64,000 nt of DNA from Spiroplasma sp. (GTDB lineage Bacteria; Bacillota_I; Bacilli_A; Mycoplasmatales; MT37). Under the pieces are notes generated by a model that made no database searches, was not told the origin of the DNA, and saw nothing but the letters and a program-made list of their open reading frames with translations. Shown in pieces: positions 47,406 to 60,400 of the stretch. How positions within the stretch are numbered: position 1 is the first letter of the stretch; the number at the start of each line of letters is the position of its first letter. The DNA lies in NCBI GenBank assembly GCA_965226525.1, contig OZ245361.1:545064-609063 (forward strand), given 5' to 3'. Position numbers and translations under genes: made by a program.

Positions 47406-49910
47406 ATGAAAACTTTAATTAGGTTTTATTATTTAGTTTTGTCATTTTTAAAACACTGTTTTTCTTCCCTTAAGCAGTTTTTGTTTTTTGTTTGACAGTT
47501 TTTCAACTCTGATTACTGAATTTTAAAAAGATATGAAGCAATTCAACTTCAAATTTTAAAGAGGCGTTGTCAGTTGATGTTTCTCACTGATCAAGAGTTA
47601 AAAAGTAAAACCAAGCAACTAAAGGAAATCTATTTAAAGAATGCTAATTTAGAAGATCTTTTGGTAGAGGCTTATGCTGTTGCTTTTGAAGCTGTTTTTC
47701 GTGTTACTAAATTAACTTTACATCCTGTTCAGATACTTGGGGCAATTGTTTTGCATTTTGGTGATGTGGCTGAAATGAAAACAGGCGAGGGAAAAACTTT
47801 AGTTTCTGTTTTACCTGCTTATTTGAATGTTTTAACAGGTCAACAGGTTTGTATTGTGACTTTTAATGAGTATCTAGTTAATCGTGACTCTACTGATAAT
47901 GGTAAAATTTTTGCTTTTTTAGGAGTTACTGTTGGTAAAACTTTAAACCAAATGAACCGTCAAGAAAAGATGACTAATTACAAAAAGGAAATCATTTATG
48001 GAACTAATTCTGAATTTGGGTTTGATTACTTACGGGACAATATGTTGCAAATATGAGAGGAAAAATTACAAAAAAAACATTATTATGTCATTGTTGATGA
48101 GATTGACTCTATTTTAATTGATGAAGGTAGAACACCTCTGATTATTTCAGGGAAACCACAAAATCGTTCACAGTTGTACCGGAAAGCAAATCAATTTGTT
48201 AAAACTCTGACATCTTTAGACTTTAAAACTGATTTAGAATCCAAGAGTTGTTTTCTTCAAAGATCAGGTGTTTTAAAAGCAAACCATTATTTTCATACTA
48301 ACAGCATCTTTGACATTGAAAATTCTGAACTGTTTCACTTTATTTCCAATGCTTTGCATGCTACTTTTTTGCTAAAAAAAAATGTTGATTATTTGGTTAA
48401 AAATGGCAAAGTTGTTCTGATTGATCATTTTACTGGTCGGGTAACTCCTGATCGAACTCTATCAGAGGGTTTGCATCAAGCTTTGGAAGCAAAAGAACTT
48501 TGTTCTATTCAAGAAGAAAGTTCAGTTTTAGCTACCATTACTTACCAGAATTTTTTTCGTCTTTTTGATAAGATTGCTGGTATGACAGGAACAGCAAAAA
48601 CTGAAGAAGAAGAGTTTATTCGTCTTTTCAATATGCATGTTTTACCAATTCCAACTGACCAACCAGTTGTTCGTTTTGATGATGAAGATCTGTTTTTTTA
48701 CAGTAAAAAACAAAAATATTTGACCCTAATTGAACACATTAAGAGTTTGCATCAGAAAAAACAACCAATTTTAGTTGGAACTTCATCAGTCCAGACTTCT
48801 GAAGAATTTAGTGCTATTTTAAAAAGATTTGGTTTTAAATTTGCAGTTTTAAATGCTAAACACCACCAATATGAAGCAGAATTAATTGCTAATGCTGGTA
48901 AACATGGCAAAATTACTATTTCTACCAATATGGCTGGAAGAGGAACAGATATCAAACTGGATGAAATTGCTAAGAAAGCAGGTGGTTTGGCTGTTTTAGC
49001 AGTTGAAAGAAATGAATCTCGCCGAATTGATTTACAGTTACAAGGACGGAGTGGTAGACAAGGAGAACCAGGTTGTTCAGTTTTTTATTTATCTTTAGAT
49101 GATGATCTTTTTCTGCGTTTTGGTAATTCTGGTCTCAAGAAGTTTTTTTGGTCAGCAAAGGATGAAGTTTTAAAATCTGGTTTACTTTCTAAAACTATTG
49201 CTGAAGCACAAAAAAAGATTCAGATTGCTAATTATGAACAACGAAAGAATTTATTGGAATATGACAATGTTGTTTGTCAACAGATGCGAGTAGTTTATTC
49301 CCAAAGAGATTTCTTAATTGCTACAGATGCTATTGAAGGTTATTTAAAGACAATGTTTATTCACTTTTTTTCTTTAAAGTGGCAGCATTCCTTTTCCTTA
49401 CAACCAGAAGTTTCTTATGAAAGTTTAATCACTTTTTTCAAACACTTACAAACCGAAACATTTTTGCCTGATTTCTTTTTGCCTGATTTAGCAACTGATC
49501 AAACATTTACAAAGCAAGAAGTTATAAACGCCTTAACAAATAGTTCACTGTCTCTCTGCCAAAAGGTCCAAAAATTTATTGCTCAATCAGGGATGATGGA
49601 TTTTTCTAGTTGAATTCCTCAGGTTCAAGGCAAAACTGATCAACCTGATCAGTTTTTGTTTTTGGAAATAAGAAATCTTTTGTTAAAAACTATTGATCAA
49701 CTCTGAACCAGTCACTTAGATGAACTTTTACATTTAAAGAGTAGTTCATTTCTTCATGGATATGCTCAAAAAAGCCCTTTGCAAAGTTTTATTGAAAGAT
49801 CAGGTAAGCTTTTTCTAAAATTAAAAAATGATATTGTTTTTCAAGCAACAACCAAAGTTTTTAAAATTTTGCACCACAGTTGAAGACACATTCAAAGACA
49901 GCATGTTTAA
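47406..49910 (+). CDS. secA: Preprotein translocase ATPase SecA
   Basis: 834 aa. It contains MKTGEGKTLV, DEIDSILIDEGRTPLIISG, TNMAGRGTDIKL and LQGRSGRQGEPG. ORFs 47574 and 48174 are in frame. The N-terminus was extended through 2 TGA codons. The exact start is uncertain (ATG 47406 or TTG 47439). Confidence 0.92.
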
Positions 49911-49933
49911 TTTGTTAATGCTATAAAGGATAA

Positions 49934-51901
49934 ATGTACAAATTAGTTTCTCAGTTTCAACCCTGTGGTGATCAGATTAATGCCATCAAGCAGTTAGTAA
50001 ACTTTAAAAATAAAGTTGCCCCCAGTCTCTTATTAGGAGCAACAGGAACAGGCAAGACTTTTACTATTGCTAATGTAATTGCTCAATTAAAACAAAAAGT
50101 TTTAGTTATTTCTCACAACAAAACCCTAGCTATTCAACTTTTTAGTGAATTAAAAAGTTTTTTTCCAGAAAACAAGGTGGAATATTTTATTTCTCCTTTT
50201 GATTTTTATCAACCAGAAGCATACTTGCCAAACAAAGATTTATATATTGATAAATCAGTAAAATGGAATTTGGATATTAAAAAGATGCGAATGAATGCTC
50301 TAAATGCATTGCTGACAGAAGGAGGGGTTATTGTTGTGGCAACTGTTGCAGCTATTTATGGAGTAATTAATCCTTTTGACTATAGGAATTGTATTTTTGA
50401 AATTAGGAAAAACCAGAGATTAAATCCCAAGGATTTGATTGCTTTCCTCATCCAAGCTGGTTATCAACGAAATGATTTAATTAATGATGGTTCTAAGTTT
50501 ATGGTCAAGGGCAATGTTGTTACCATTGGTTTAGCAAGCAATGATCGGTTTTTGCAAGTAGTGTTTTCCAAGGGTTTTATTTCTTTGCTTTTAGAAGTAG
50601 AAGCAACTACTTTTAATGTTTTAGAGAAACCCCAAAAATATACTATTTTTCCTGGTAATGAATATGTTATGAATTTTGACAAAGTTAAAAAAGCTGCTCA
50701 GATGATTGAAAAAGATTTAATTAAAAGAATTGCTTTTTTTGAAAACCAAAAAAAAGCAGTTGAAAGTTTTCGAATTAAAACACGGACAGAAAAAGATCTT
50801 GAAGATTTTAGAGAAACAGGAGTTTGCAAAGGGATTGAAAATTATTCTCTTTATTTTGAAAACCGTCAATCAGGACAACCACCATTCACTATTTTGGATT
50901 ATTTTAAGTTTTTTAATAAGGAGTTCCTAACTGTTATTGATGAATCTCACATTACTGTGCCCCAAATTGTGGGTATGTATTTAGGTGATCGATCAAGAAA
51001 AACAAGTCTTGTTAATTATGGTTTTCGCCTCCCTACTGCTTTGGATAATCGTCCTTTAACTTTTGCTGAATTTGAACACAAGTTAGAAAATGTTGTCTAT
51101 GTTTCTGCTACTCCTGGTAGTTATGAGTTGCAAAAAACCAAAGGTAGAATTGTTGAACAAATTATCCGACCAACTGGTTTGTTAGATCCTGTGGTTGAGA
51201 TACTTCCCACAACCAATCAGATTGCTGTTTTAATTGCTGAAATAAAGAAGAGGGTAGTCAAAAACCAGAGGGTTTTTGTTTTAACTCTGACCATTCAAAT
51301 GTCAGAAGATTTAACTAGGTATTTACAAGAAAAAGGGATTAAGGTAGCTTATATTCACAACCGTTTAAAAACTTTTCAAAGGACCAAAATATTAATCAAT
51401 CTTAGAAAGGGTGTTTTTGATGTTGTTGTTGGCATCAACCTTCTCAGAGAAGGTTTAGATATTCCAGAAGTGTCATTGGTTTTTATTTTAGATGCTGATA
51501 AAGCTGGTTTTTTACGAGGTTCTAAATCACTAATTCAAATGATTGGTAGAGCTAGTAGAAATCAAGATGGCAAGGTTATTTTGTGTGCTGATAAAGTTAC
51601 TAAAGATATGCAATTGGCAATTGATGAGACTCAACGCCGTCGTGATAAACAAACCAATTACAATTTGAAACACAATGTTATTCCCCAAACCATTCAAAAA
51701 CCGATTGATGATATTTTTTTGGATGCTGACTTGAAAAGTTTTTATGACAAAATTCAGCAAAAGGGGAGAAAAATCTCTAAAATAGAGAGGATTCAAGTGG
51801 TTAAAACACTTAATGACAAAATGCAACAAGCAGTCAAAAGAATGGATTTTGAAATGGCTGCTAAAATCAGGGATATGATTTTTGATTTAATGAAAAATTA
51901 A
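49934..51901 (+). CDS. uvrB: Excinuclease ABC subunit B
   Basis: 655-aa uninterrupted ORF with GATGTGKT, DESH, and a C-terminal UVR motif (MDFEMAAKIRD). Confidence 0.95.
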   Translation: MYKLVSQFQPCGDQINAIKQLVNFKNKVAPSLLLGATGTGKTFTIANVIAQLKQKVLVISHNKTLAIQLFSELKSFFPENKVEYFISPFDFYQPEAYLPNKDLYIDKSVKWNLDIKKMRMNALNALLTEGGVIVVATVAAIYGVINPFDYRNCIFEIRKNQRLNPKDLIAFLIQAGYQRNDLINDGSKFMVKGNVVTIGLASNDRFLQVVFSKGFISLLLEVEATTFNVLEKPQKYTIFPGNEYVMNFDKVKKAAQMIEKDLIKRIAFFENQKKAVESFRIKTRTEKDLEDFRETGVCKGIENYSLYFENRQSGQPPFTILDYFKFFNKEFLTVIDESHITVPQIVGMYLGDRSRKTSLVNYGFRLPTALDNRPLTFAEFEHKLENVVYVSATPGSYELQKTKGRIVEQIIRPTGLLDPVVEILPTTNQIAVLIAEIKKRVVKNQRVFVLTLTIQMSEDLTRYLQEKGIKVAYIHNRLKTFQRTKILINLRKGVFDVVVGINLLREGLDIPEVSLVFILDADKAGFLRGSKSLIQMIGRASRNQDGKVILCADKVTKDMQLAIDETQRRRDKQTNYNLKHNVIPQTIQKPIDDIFLDADLKSFYDKIQQKGRKISKIERIQVVKTLNDKMQQAVKRMDFEMAAKIRDMIFDLMKN

Positions 51902-51913
51902 TTAATGTGATCA

Positions 51914-54766
51914 ATGAAACAGAATTTTTTAGTTGTTAAAGGAGCAAGAGAAAAAAACCTTAAAAACATTACTGTCAAAATTCCTAAAAACCAGTTAGTG
52001 GTTTTTACTGGGGTTTCTGGTTCTGGTAAAACTAGTTTGGCATTTTCTACTATTTACAATGAGGGTAAACGAAGGTACTTTGAATCTTTGTCCTCTTATG
52101 CCCGTCAATTTTTAGGTAATAGTGAAAAACCAGATGTTGATCAAATTGATGGTTTATCACCAGCTATTGCTATTGATCAAAAAACAGTTAGTCACAACCC
52201 CCGCTCAATTGTTGGCACAGTTACTGAAATATATGATTATTTTCGTTTGTTGTTTGCCCGAGCCGGCACTCCTTTTTGTATTAATGGTCATGGTTTGATT
52301 CAAACAGTGACAGTTCAACAAATGATTTTCCAGTTACAACAAAAAATACCTACTGGTACTTTCATACAAATTTTTTCTCCAGTTGTAACTGATAAAAAAG
52401 GTAGTTTTCAAACCCTTTTGCTTAAGTTAAAAAAAGAAGGTTTTTGAACAGTTTTAGTGGATGGTCAAACTTATGATTTTAGTTCTAAAATTGTTTTAGA
52501 TAAAAACCAAAGGCATAGTATTTCCATCTTAGTGGATGAGGTTAATTTTTCTTTAGATAAAGATGGTCAAAATCATCTTTACTCTTCTTTAGAAACAGCA
52601 GTTAAGTATGGTAATGGCACAGTAATGATAAACTTTTCGCTTCCTGACCAAAAAAAGCAAGAATTAGTTTTTTCAGAAAATTTTAACTGCTATCAATGTG
52701 GTTTTGGTTTAAAGAGTTTAGAACCTCGTTTATTTTCTTTTAACACTGTTGATGGTGCTTGTTCTGTTTGTAAAGGGATTGGTACAGTGTTAGATCTAGA
52801 TTTTGATCAGTTAGTACCTGATTCTAGTTTGACTATTAATCAAGGAGGAATTGCTTTTTTTAAACCTTTAGTTAACACTCAACATCGTGATTGGTTGGGT
52901 TTAACAGCAATGTGTCATCATTTTGGAATTGATTTAGATAAACCAGTCTCTCAGTTGAATGATCGGGAATGAGATTTAATTTTAAATGGTAGTGGTGTCA
53001 ATATTACTTATTTTCTTTATGGTAAAAATGATAATAAATACAAGTTTAACCACCCAATTGCTGGTGTAAGAACAATCATTAAAAAAAGATTTTTAGAAAC
53101 CAGTAGTAATTCTATTCATCATAAAATGACTAAAAAGTTTTTAACTAGTAAGGTTTGTTCAACTTGCAATGGGAAACGATTGAATCCTGTTGCTCTCTCT
53201 GTTCAAATTCAAGGTTGCAACATTGCCCAGTTAATATCTTTAACAATTTTACAGGTTACTCATTTTATTGATAATTTGAAGTTACCACCAGAAAAATTTA
53301 AGATTGTGCAGTTAGTTTTATCAGAAATTAAAAATCGTTTAAAATTCTTACTTTCTGTTGGTCTAGATTATTTAACTCTTGACCGTCATGCCCAATCTCT
53401 TTCTGGTGGTGAAGCACAACGCATTCGTTTAGCCACTCAGATCGGTTCTAAATTAACAGGTGTTCTCTATGTTTTAGATGAACCTTCAATTGGTTTGCAC
53501 CAATATGATAATGCTAAATTAATTACTACTTTAAAATCAATGCGGAATTTAGGTAATACAGTTTTAGTGGTGGAACATGATGAAGAAACTATTTTAAATG
53601 CTGATTGAGTTGTTGATATTGGTCAATGAGGGGGTAAATATGGGGGAGATTTATTGGTTTCTGGTTCAGTAAAGCAGTTAATAAACACTCCAAAATCAAT
53701 TACTGGTAGTTTTTTGGCAAAAAAACGCAAAATTTTAGTGCCCCAAAATCGTCGAGCAGGAAACAATAAGTTTTTAGAAGTAACTGGTGCAACAGAGAAC
53801 AATTTGCAAAACATTGATGTTCAAATTCCTCTTGGTAAAATGATTTGTATTACTGGTGTCTCAGGTAGTGGCAAATCTAGTTTATTAAATGAGGTTGTAT
53901 ACAAAGGAATCAAGAAACAACTTGATCCCTTTGCTTCTGAAAAACCTGGCAGTTGTAAAAGCATTAACCATTATGAAAGCATTGACCAGGTTGTTTTAAT
54001 CTCACAAGAACCAATTGGCAAAACACCCCGGAGCAATCCAGCAACCTATACATCAGTTTTTACCGATGTGCGTCAATTGTTTGCTAACACTATTGAAGCT
54101 AACAAAAGAGGTTATAAGGTAGGTCGTTTTTCTTTTAATGTTTATGGTGGTAGGTGTGGAAAGTGTCAGGGTGATGGTTTTATTCATCATTCAATGTTGT
54201 TTTTACCAGATGTTTATACTAAGTGTCAGGAGTGTCAAGGAAAGAGGTACAACGAAGAAACACTTCAGATTAAATACAAGGGTAAAAGTGTTGCTGATGT
54301 TTTAGAAATGGAGATTGCACAAGCATGTGAATTTTTTAGTAAAAATCCTAAGATTAAAAGAAAATTAAAAACTTTGGTTGATATTGGTCTAGGTTATTTG
54401 AAGTTAGGACAACCTTCACCAGAACTTTCTGGTGGTGAATCACAAAGAATTAAGTTAGCAACTTATTTGCAAAAGAAACCAACTGGTCGAACTGTTTATA
54501 TTCTTGATGAACCTACTACTGGTTTGCACAGTTATGATGTACAAAAATTGATTAGTTTTTTTGATGTTTTGGTTGATAATGGTGAAACTGTAATAATTAT
54601 TGAGCACAATTTAGATGTTATTAAGTGTGCTGATCATATCATTGATTTAGGACCATTAGGTGGAGATAGAGGTGGTAAAATTGTTGCTACTGGTACCCCA
54701 GAAGCAGTAGCTAAAGTTCCAAAATCCTACACTGGTCAGTTTCTTCAAAAGATTTTAAAGAGATAA
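51914..54766 (+). CDS. uvrA: Excinuclease ABC subunit A
   Basis: 950 aa. ORFs 51914, 52457, 53126 and 53654 share one frame. There are two GVSGSGKS/T Walker A motifs, two LSGGE signatures, and CxxC zinc modules. Confidence 0.95.
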
Positions 54767-54773
54767 TTACAAA

Positions 54774-56000
54774 ATGTTTTGATCATACTATTCAATGATG
54801 GTTTTTCTGGCTTTTTGTTCTGCCGCCAGTTATTTTGTTTACAGTTTTTGAAAAAAAAGATTGCCTAATTTAACTTGACTAATTTTGTTAAGTCTCTTTT
54901 TTGCTCCCTTTGCCCTGATTGGAGCGCGTTTGTGAAATTATTTGAATTGAGTTCACTTACAAGAAATTATTGAACAAGGAAGCTGAATTAATCAGTTGGG
55001 TAATTTTTTTGGTTTTGGTCCTGAAGGATTACGAGGTTTGTCTTTTTTTGGTGGTTTTTTTGCCACTTTGTTGTACTTTTTAGCGCTTTTTACCTGGTAT
55101 GGCAAAAAGTATCAAGTGTCACTCTGGGTGACTTTTGATGTCTTATTGCAAGCAGTCTTGATTTTCCAAATTATTGGCAGATGGGGGAATTTTTTTAATC
55201 AAGAACTGTTAGGACCAGTGATTACAATGGATTATCCCCAGGATTTTGGTTGAATTCCTAACTGATTTGGCAGCAAATTACACTTTCCTGGTGAAAGTAT
55301 TTTCTGAATTCGACATCCCCTTTTTCTTTATGAATCTTTTGCTAATTTTTGGTTGCTGGTGTTGCTAATTTTAGCAAAGAGGTTAGGAATTATTTATTTG
55401 TTTTGAACAACAAGCAGGTTTCCCATTCTTCAAAAACAAATTTTTTTGGCAGAGAGTAAGTTTAAAAAGACAATTTGACCTGGTTTTTTCTTTTGGTATC
55501 AAAAGTGAACAATTGTAAAAAGTTTTTGACAGTTAAACATTTATTGACCTCAGGTTAATTTTAATCATACTCCTTCTGTTACTGTCAATGATTATCTTTG
55601 AAAGTGAAAACAACCAGTTGTTTCTAAACTTTACCAAAAGGAACTGCTTCATGTTTCGCAGATTTCCCCTTTTTATTGAAGGTTTTGAAGGTTGACATTG
55701 CTGTTTCTTTTCCAGAGAAACAGCACTAGTTTAGTTGGTTATTTTAACCCTCAAAAATTAGTTGTTCCCTGAGTGGGTCATACTAGCGCCCTTTATTGTT
55801 TGGGTTATGGTTTGATTCGTTTTTTTTTACAGATTTTACGAGAGAACATAATTTTAAGTGAACCTACTAATACTCCTTATTATGCAAGTGCTTTGTTGTT
55901 TTTTTCTGGTTGCTTTTTCCTTGTTGTTTCCCAATTAATTGCCCCTTATAAGTGGCGTAATCCTAACTGGTTTTATGAAACTTGGTATTGGAAAATTTAG
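54774..56000 (+). CDS. lgt: Prolipoprotein diacylglyceryl transferase
   Basis: 408 aa. It contains GRWGNFFNQELLG and HPLFLYESFANF. ORFs 54996 and 55773 are in frame with ATG 54774. I checked the region between them codon by codon: 10+ TGA codons and no TAA/TAG. Confidence 0.85.
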
Positions 56001-56019
56001 TTTTTAAGGAGTTTGTTTA

Positions 56020-57066
56020 ATGTCTGTTTTCTCCTTTGTTAATTATTTATCATTACCAGTTAGTTGATTTCTCTTTTTTTTGTTGTTTTTTTTGTTAGTA
56101 GTATTTGCTGTTGTTTTGCCCTATTTTTTAGTTAATTTTGTTAAACACTGGCAATGAAGTGTTTCCTTTGTTAGTTTTGTTTTTCTTTCCATAGGTACTT
56201 CTCTGCCTGAGTTAATGACTGTTTTGTTTTTTCCTGTTTCAGTTGAACAAGAAACAGGAGTTGTTGGTAGTTTAGCAGTTATTTTAGGTTCTAATTTATT
56301 GACAGGATTAGTTGTTTGTTTTTTGAGTTTGCTTTATTTTGCTACTTTTTTACAAGGCAGATCTATTTCTTTATTAAGGTTAAGTTTTGCTGGTATTTTT
56401 TTGTTGAATTTAGTTTTTCTCTTTTTTTTGTTGTTTCCCCAGTGGTTTGCTTTCTGGCGATTGGGGAGTGGTTGATCATTTTTTAGTGTTTTGCTGTTAG
56501 TTTTTTACTTTACTTTCTTGCTTTATCTTTTTTTTCAGGATAAAGGCAAGATGGATGATAACCCTACTTTTCAATCTAGACAATTTCTTTTCAAAACTAA
56601 TTTTTTTGTTCTTTTGATCTGAATTATTTTTTTGGTTTTAATGTTGCTTTCTGTAGTTTTGCTACTAATTGCTTTAACAAACCACTTAAAGAAAGTGTAT
56701 CAATTTTCAGATTGAACAGTTGGTGGTTTTTTCTTTGCTTTAGCAACTAGTTCACCAGAAGTCTGAGCTAGTCTTAGTTTGTTCAGACTAGGTTTTGCTG
56801 CAGCAGCTTGAAGTGTTGTAATTGGCAGTCATTTGTTCAACTGAATTTTATTTTTTAGTACTGATTTTGTTACTGATACTGATTTGTTTCTTGCTTTAAA
56901 TAAGTCTGGCAGTCAATTGTTGGAGTTTGGTTTGGTCAGTTTGATAGGAATCATAATTCTCTATTGAGCATCAAGGCAGCAGTTTTATCAAACTAGAATT
57001 AAATACTCACTACCCTTTTTAGCACTCTTATTGAATAGTTGCTTGGTTTTGGTAAAAATTGGATAG
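56020..57066 (+). CDS. Na+/Ca2+ exchanger (CaCA/YrbG-like) family membrane protein
   Basis: 348 aa, polytopic, with two alpha-repeat-like motifs: GTSLPELMT and ALATSSPEVWAS. ORF 56215.. is in frame. Confidence 0.7.
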
Positions 57067-57079
57067 AATCTTAGAGGTT

Positions 57080-57337
57080 ATGGTTGATCTTGAGGTTGTT
57101 TTGTTCTGGTTGGAAGTAACAACATTAATAGTTGCTGTTTTGTTGATTTTTTTTAGTCTTTTTAAGCAGACTCTGTCTCAGGAGGTTTTGTCTTCAATCA
57201 GTGGAGGTAGTCAAGTTTTGTTTTCAAACCGTAAAATTCAGTTACGTTCTTCCCTTTTATTGATTATTTTGGGTGTTTTTTCTGCTCTGTTGGTTTCTCT
57301 TTCTGTAACCATTCGCATTGTGATTAATGTTGGTTAG
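57080..57337 (+). CDS. secG: Preprotein translocase subunit SecG
   Basis: Two TM helices flank SSISGGSQVLFSNRK. Compare B. subtilis SecG ...SGAISGGAEQLFGKQK... as I recall it. An alternative TTG start lies at 57059. Confidence 0.7.
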   Translation: MVDLEVVLFWLEVTTLIVAVLLIFFSLFKQTLSQEVLSSISGGSQVLFSNRKIQLRSSLLLIILGVFSALLVSLSVTIRIVINVG

Positions 57338-57366
57338 CACTTCTTAATTTTAGAAATCATTATAAC

Positions 57367-57375
57367 TGGTATAAT
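57367..57375 (+). promoter_or_regulatory. Candidate extended -10 promoter (TGgTATAAT) for the giant gene
   Basis: TGGTATAAT at 57367-57375, 40 nt upstream of ATG 57415. Confidence 0.45.
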
Positions 57376-57414
57376 GGAGTTTGCCCTTTTCTGGGGCAGT
57401 TAATTTTGGTAGTT

Positions 57415-60400
57415 ATGAAGTTTTTTTCTGTTTTTTTCTTGTGAGTGGCAAAAAGGAAGTACTTTTTAGGTTTTTTCTCCTTGGTTTTTTCTTCTCTTTT
57501 GTTTTTTGCAGTGGGTGTTGTTGGTTATACCAGAAGTGATCTTTCCTTGCAAGTTCCAGATGCTGTTGCTCAGTCAGGTTTGGACAGGAATGATTTAGAT
57601 GATTTATCAAAACAACTTACAAAAGAAAAGAGTGACAAATCTTCTAGTTCAGAAGCTTCATTTTCCAAATTTTGGAATTTAGCTCTTGTCAGTTTTGAAA
57701 ATTTTAAAAAAGGTAAACTGGATGAAGATGGAGTTAGGATTGCCTTAGCTCTTAATAAATTTTGAGGTTTTTATAATTGGTATAAAACTCATCAGCAGTT
57801 TTTGCCTGATTGGCAAGACCCATCTATTTTTGAATCATTTTGTTTGCCAGAACAAAATAACATTTCCTTAACTCCAGACCATTTATCCTTTTTGAAGCGG
57901 TTGATTGTTGTTTGAACTGAGAAAAGCGAACTAAATTTGAACAGTCAAGACAGACTTTTTCTTTTTGCTTTGTTGCAATGGTTTGGTTTTGAACCCCAGA
58001 GTAAATTAGAAATCTCAGTTTTTGCTGATTCTTTTGAAGTTTTAACTGCTGGTGTTGATTGTTTTGTTGAAGAGCATAGTTCATTGATTCCAACTAAAAA
58101 ATTATCAGTTGAAACCCCAGAAAAAAATGAAGAGATAAAGAAGTCAAAGGAAACACAAACCTTCTTGGTTAGTGATAAACAGTTGAAAACAGCACTTTCT
58201 TTTTTTCAAGAACGAGGAATGACTCTTCAGCAAGTTTTTGAAATTTATCCTTACTTTACAGCGGCAAACTCTCAAATAATCCTTGCTTTAGAAGAGATTT
58301 TGAAACTAGCAAGCAGAGATGTTTCAGAGATGCTTTCATTGTTATATTCTAATAAACCTGAACACAAGATATTCAACCAAATTCTGCACCTTTTTGCTTT
58401 TACCAAACTGCCTTTATTGATTGAAAAAGAACAGATTAGTCAATTTCAGGCAACTGATTGAAGCAAAGATGAAAATTTTCAAAAGATTAAGACCTTTCTA
58501 GAGATTACTAAAGATGGGATAAGTTCAGAAAATCTTTACAGCATTGGCAAGAAAATGGATCAACTTTTTGGTTTGGCACCTGCCTGAAAAAAGAAGGAAG
58601 GAGGACTAGGACTTGAAAATGTTGCTCATGAACTTATTGATCAAGCAAATACAGTTACTAGGGCTTATATTAAATTGGTAATTGTTAAACCCCTTTTTAA
58701 ACTTTTTAAGAATGTTGATGAGATGAAAAAAAGACTTCAAGCATTTTTTGAAGGTAAAGGAAAGAAACCTAACAAACCTGACATTAGTAGTTCAGGTTAT
58801 GATAGTTTATGAGCTTCTCTTAAAAAATATTTACCCTACCTCAGTAAGTATGGGTATTCTTTTGAACACCAAATTACCAAAGATCTTACTTTTGACTCTA
58901 GTTTAATTTTTGCAGAACCTGATTGGCAAGAAAAAAGTTTCTCTCAGTTGTCTTCACGAGTTAAGCAGGAAATTGCTAAACTTAAGCAATTTAATTGGGA
59001 CAGTTGAAGGTGAGAGGATACGTCCTACTATAAAACTGGTGAGTTTGTCTGAGATTTTTTAATTGAAGCATTTAAGGATCGGTTTGATCTATTGCGAAAA
59101 TATGCTGAACCATTGATTAGACTTGGAATTAACAAGTTTTCAGATATAGATTTGTCTAAATTTGCACTTAAGACTAAGCGTATTGCCAAGTTCCAACAAC
59201 CTGATTATAATGAGCGCTTACAACCTTACTATATTGATAAATGTGAACCAGGAAAAAAACCAGGTTGGGAAAGGTGTCAGAGAACATGAATTTATCCTTC
59301 TGCTAATCCAACTCCAACTGAGGTTTCTTTTGATGAACTTGGTCTTTTTTTTAGTACAAACACAACTTTGTCTGATTTTAAAGCTGGTTTATCCAGGGCT
59401 GATGATTGGTCATTGAAATATTTTGACCAGGTGCTTTCAGAATTGAACAAAATTAAGGGATTCAGTGAGAAAAAGGTGTTTGCCCTTTTTCAAGAAACTG
59501 TTATTAAGTTTTTCTATTCATTAAAGAGATTAAGAACATCTCTTTCAAATATTTTTCCTTTGAAGACTTTTTTGGAAAAAACTCAGGTGACCTTTTCTGA
59601 TTTTTTTGACAGTTTAGAAGTTAAAGTTATTTCTTATCAGGATAGTGATAATAATGAAAATACTTTTCCTTTTTTGGATTTTTTATTATCATTAATTGAA
59701 GAGAATGTATTTGCTAAAAATGCTGAGCAGTTAGCAAAGTGGTTGCAGCAATCTGATTCTGGGTTGTTGTTGCAGTTAAGAGATTTTGCTAGTTATGATG
59801 AAGAAATTATTTCCAGATTTATTTCTAATATTCAGGCAAAATTAGGTCCTTTGTGGTTAGAGTTGAGGAAAATTTTACCCATTTTACCAACTTTAAAGAA
59901 GTTTAACTCTGATTTGGCCAAGATTGACAACAACAATTCCAATTATTTGGTTGAGATTAGTGACAATGATTTTCCTCCTCTTCTGTTTGAAAAGAGTTTA
60001 AGTAAAGTTTTCACTTTGGTTGAACTAGTTAAAGAAACTGTTTCAGAGTTGAGTCCCCAATCTCTTTGAATTTTGTTTCATACTTGACAAAAAAGATCAG
60101 ATTTTACTCTTATTAAAGCTGTTTGTGAAACTTTTTTTGACCGTCTAAACCAATTTAGTTCTCAAAACATTCAAGGAAGTCATTGAGATTCACTTGGGTA
60201 CAAGGATGATAGTTTTTTAAGTGTTTTTAAACACCTAAAAGAAGATGGAGTTGACAAAATTGTTTTATCTAATGCTTCCAATTTTGTTAATTTAAATCGT
60301 TTTACAGATACTGATTTGAATGCAGTTGATTTTTCTTCACTTTCTCTATTTGCTAAAAAAGAACTGATTAAATTTTGAGGAATTGATTTTTCTGGTTATG

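Noticed and set aside
48752-53814. Internal antisense or alternate ORFs in secA, uvrB and uvrA (48752..48955, 50464..50682, 50730..50930, 51530..51829, 53623..53814).
   Set aside because: They are embedded in long, motif-supported housekeeping CDSs.
59162-59416. Alternate-frame ORFs inside the giant gene (59162..59416 plus, 57824..58093 minus, 57413..57610 minus).
   Set aside because: They overlap a 1620-codon continuous frame and are typical by-products of AT-rich coding sequence.
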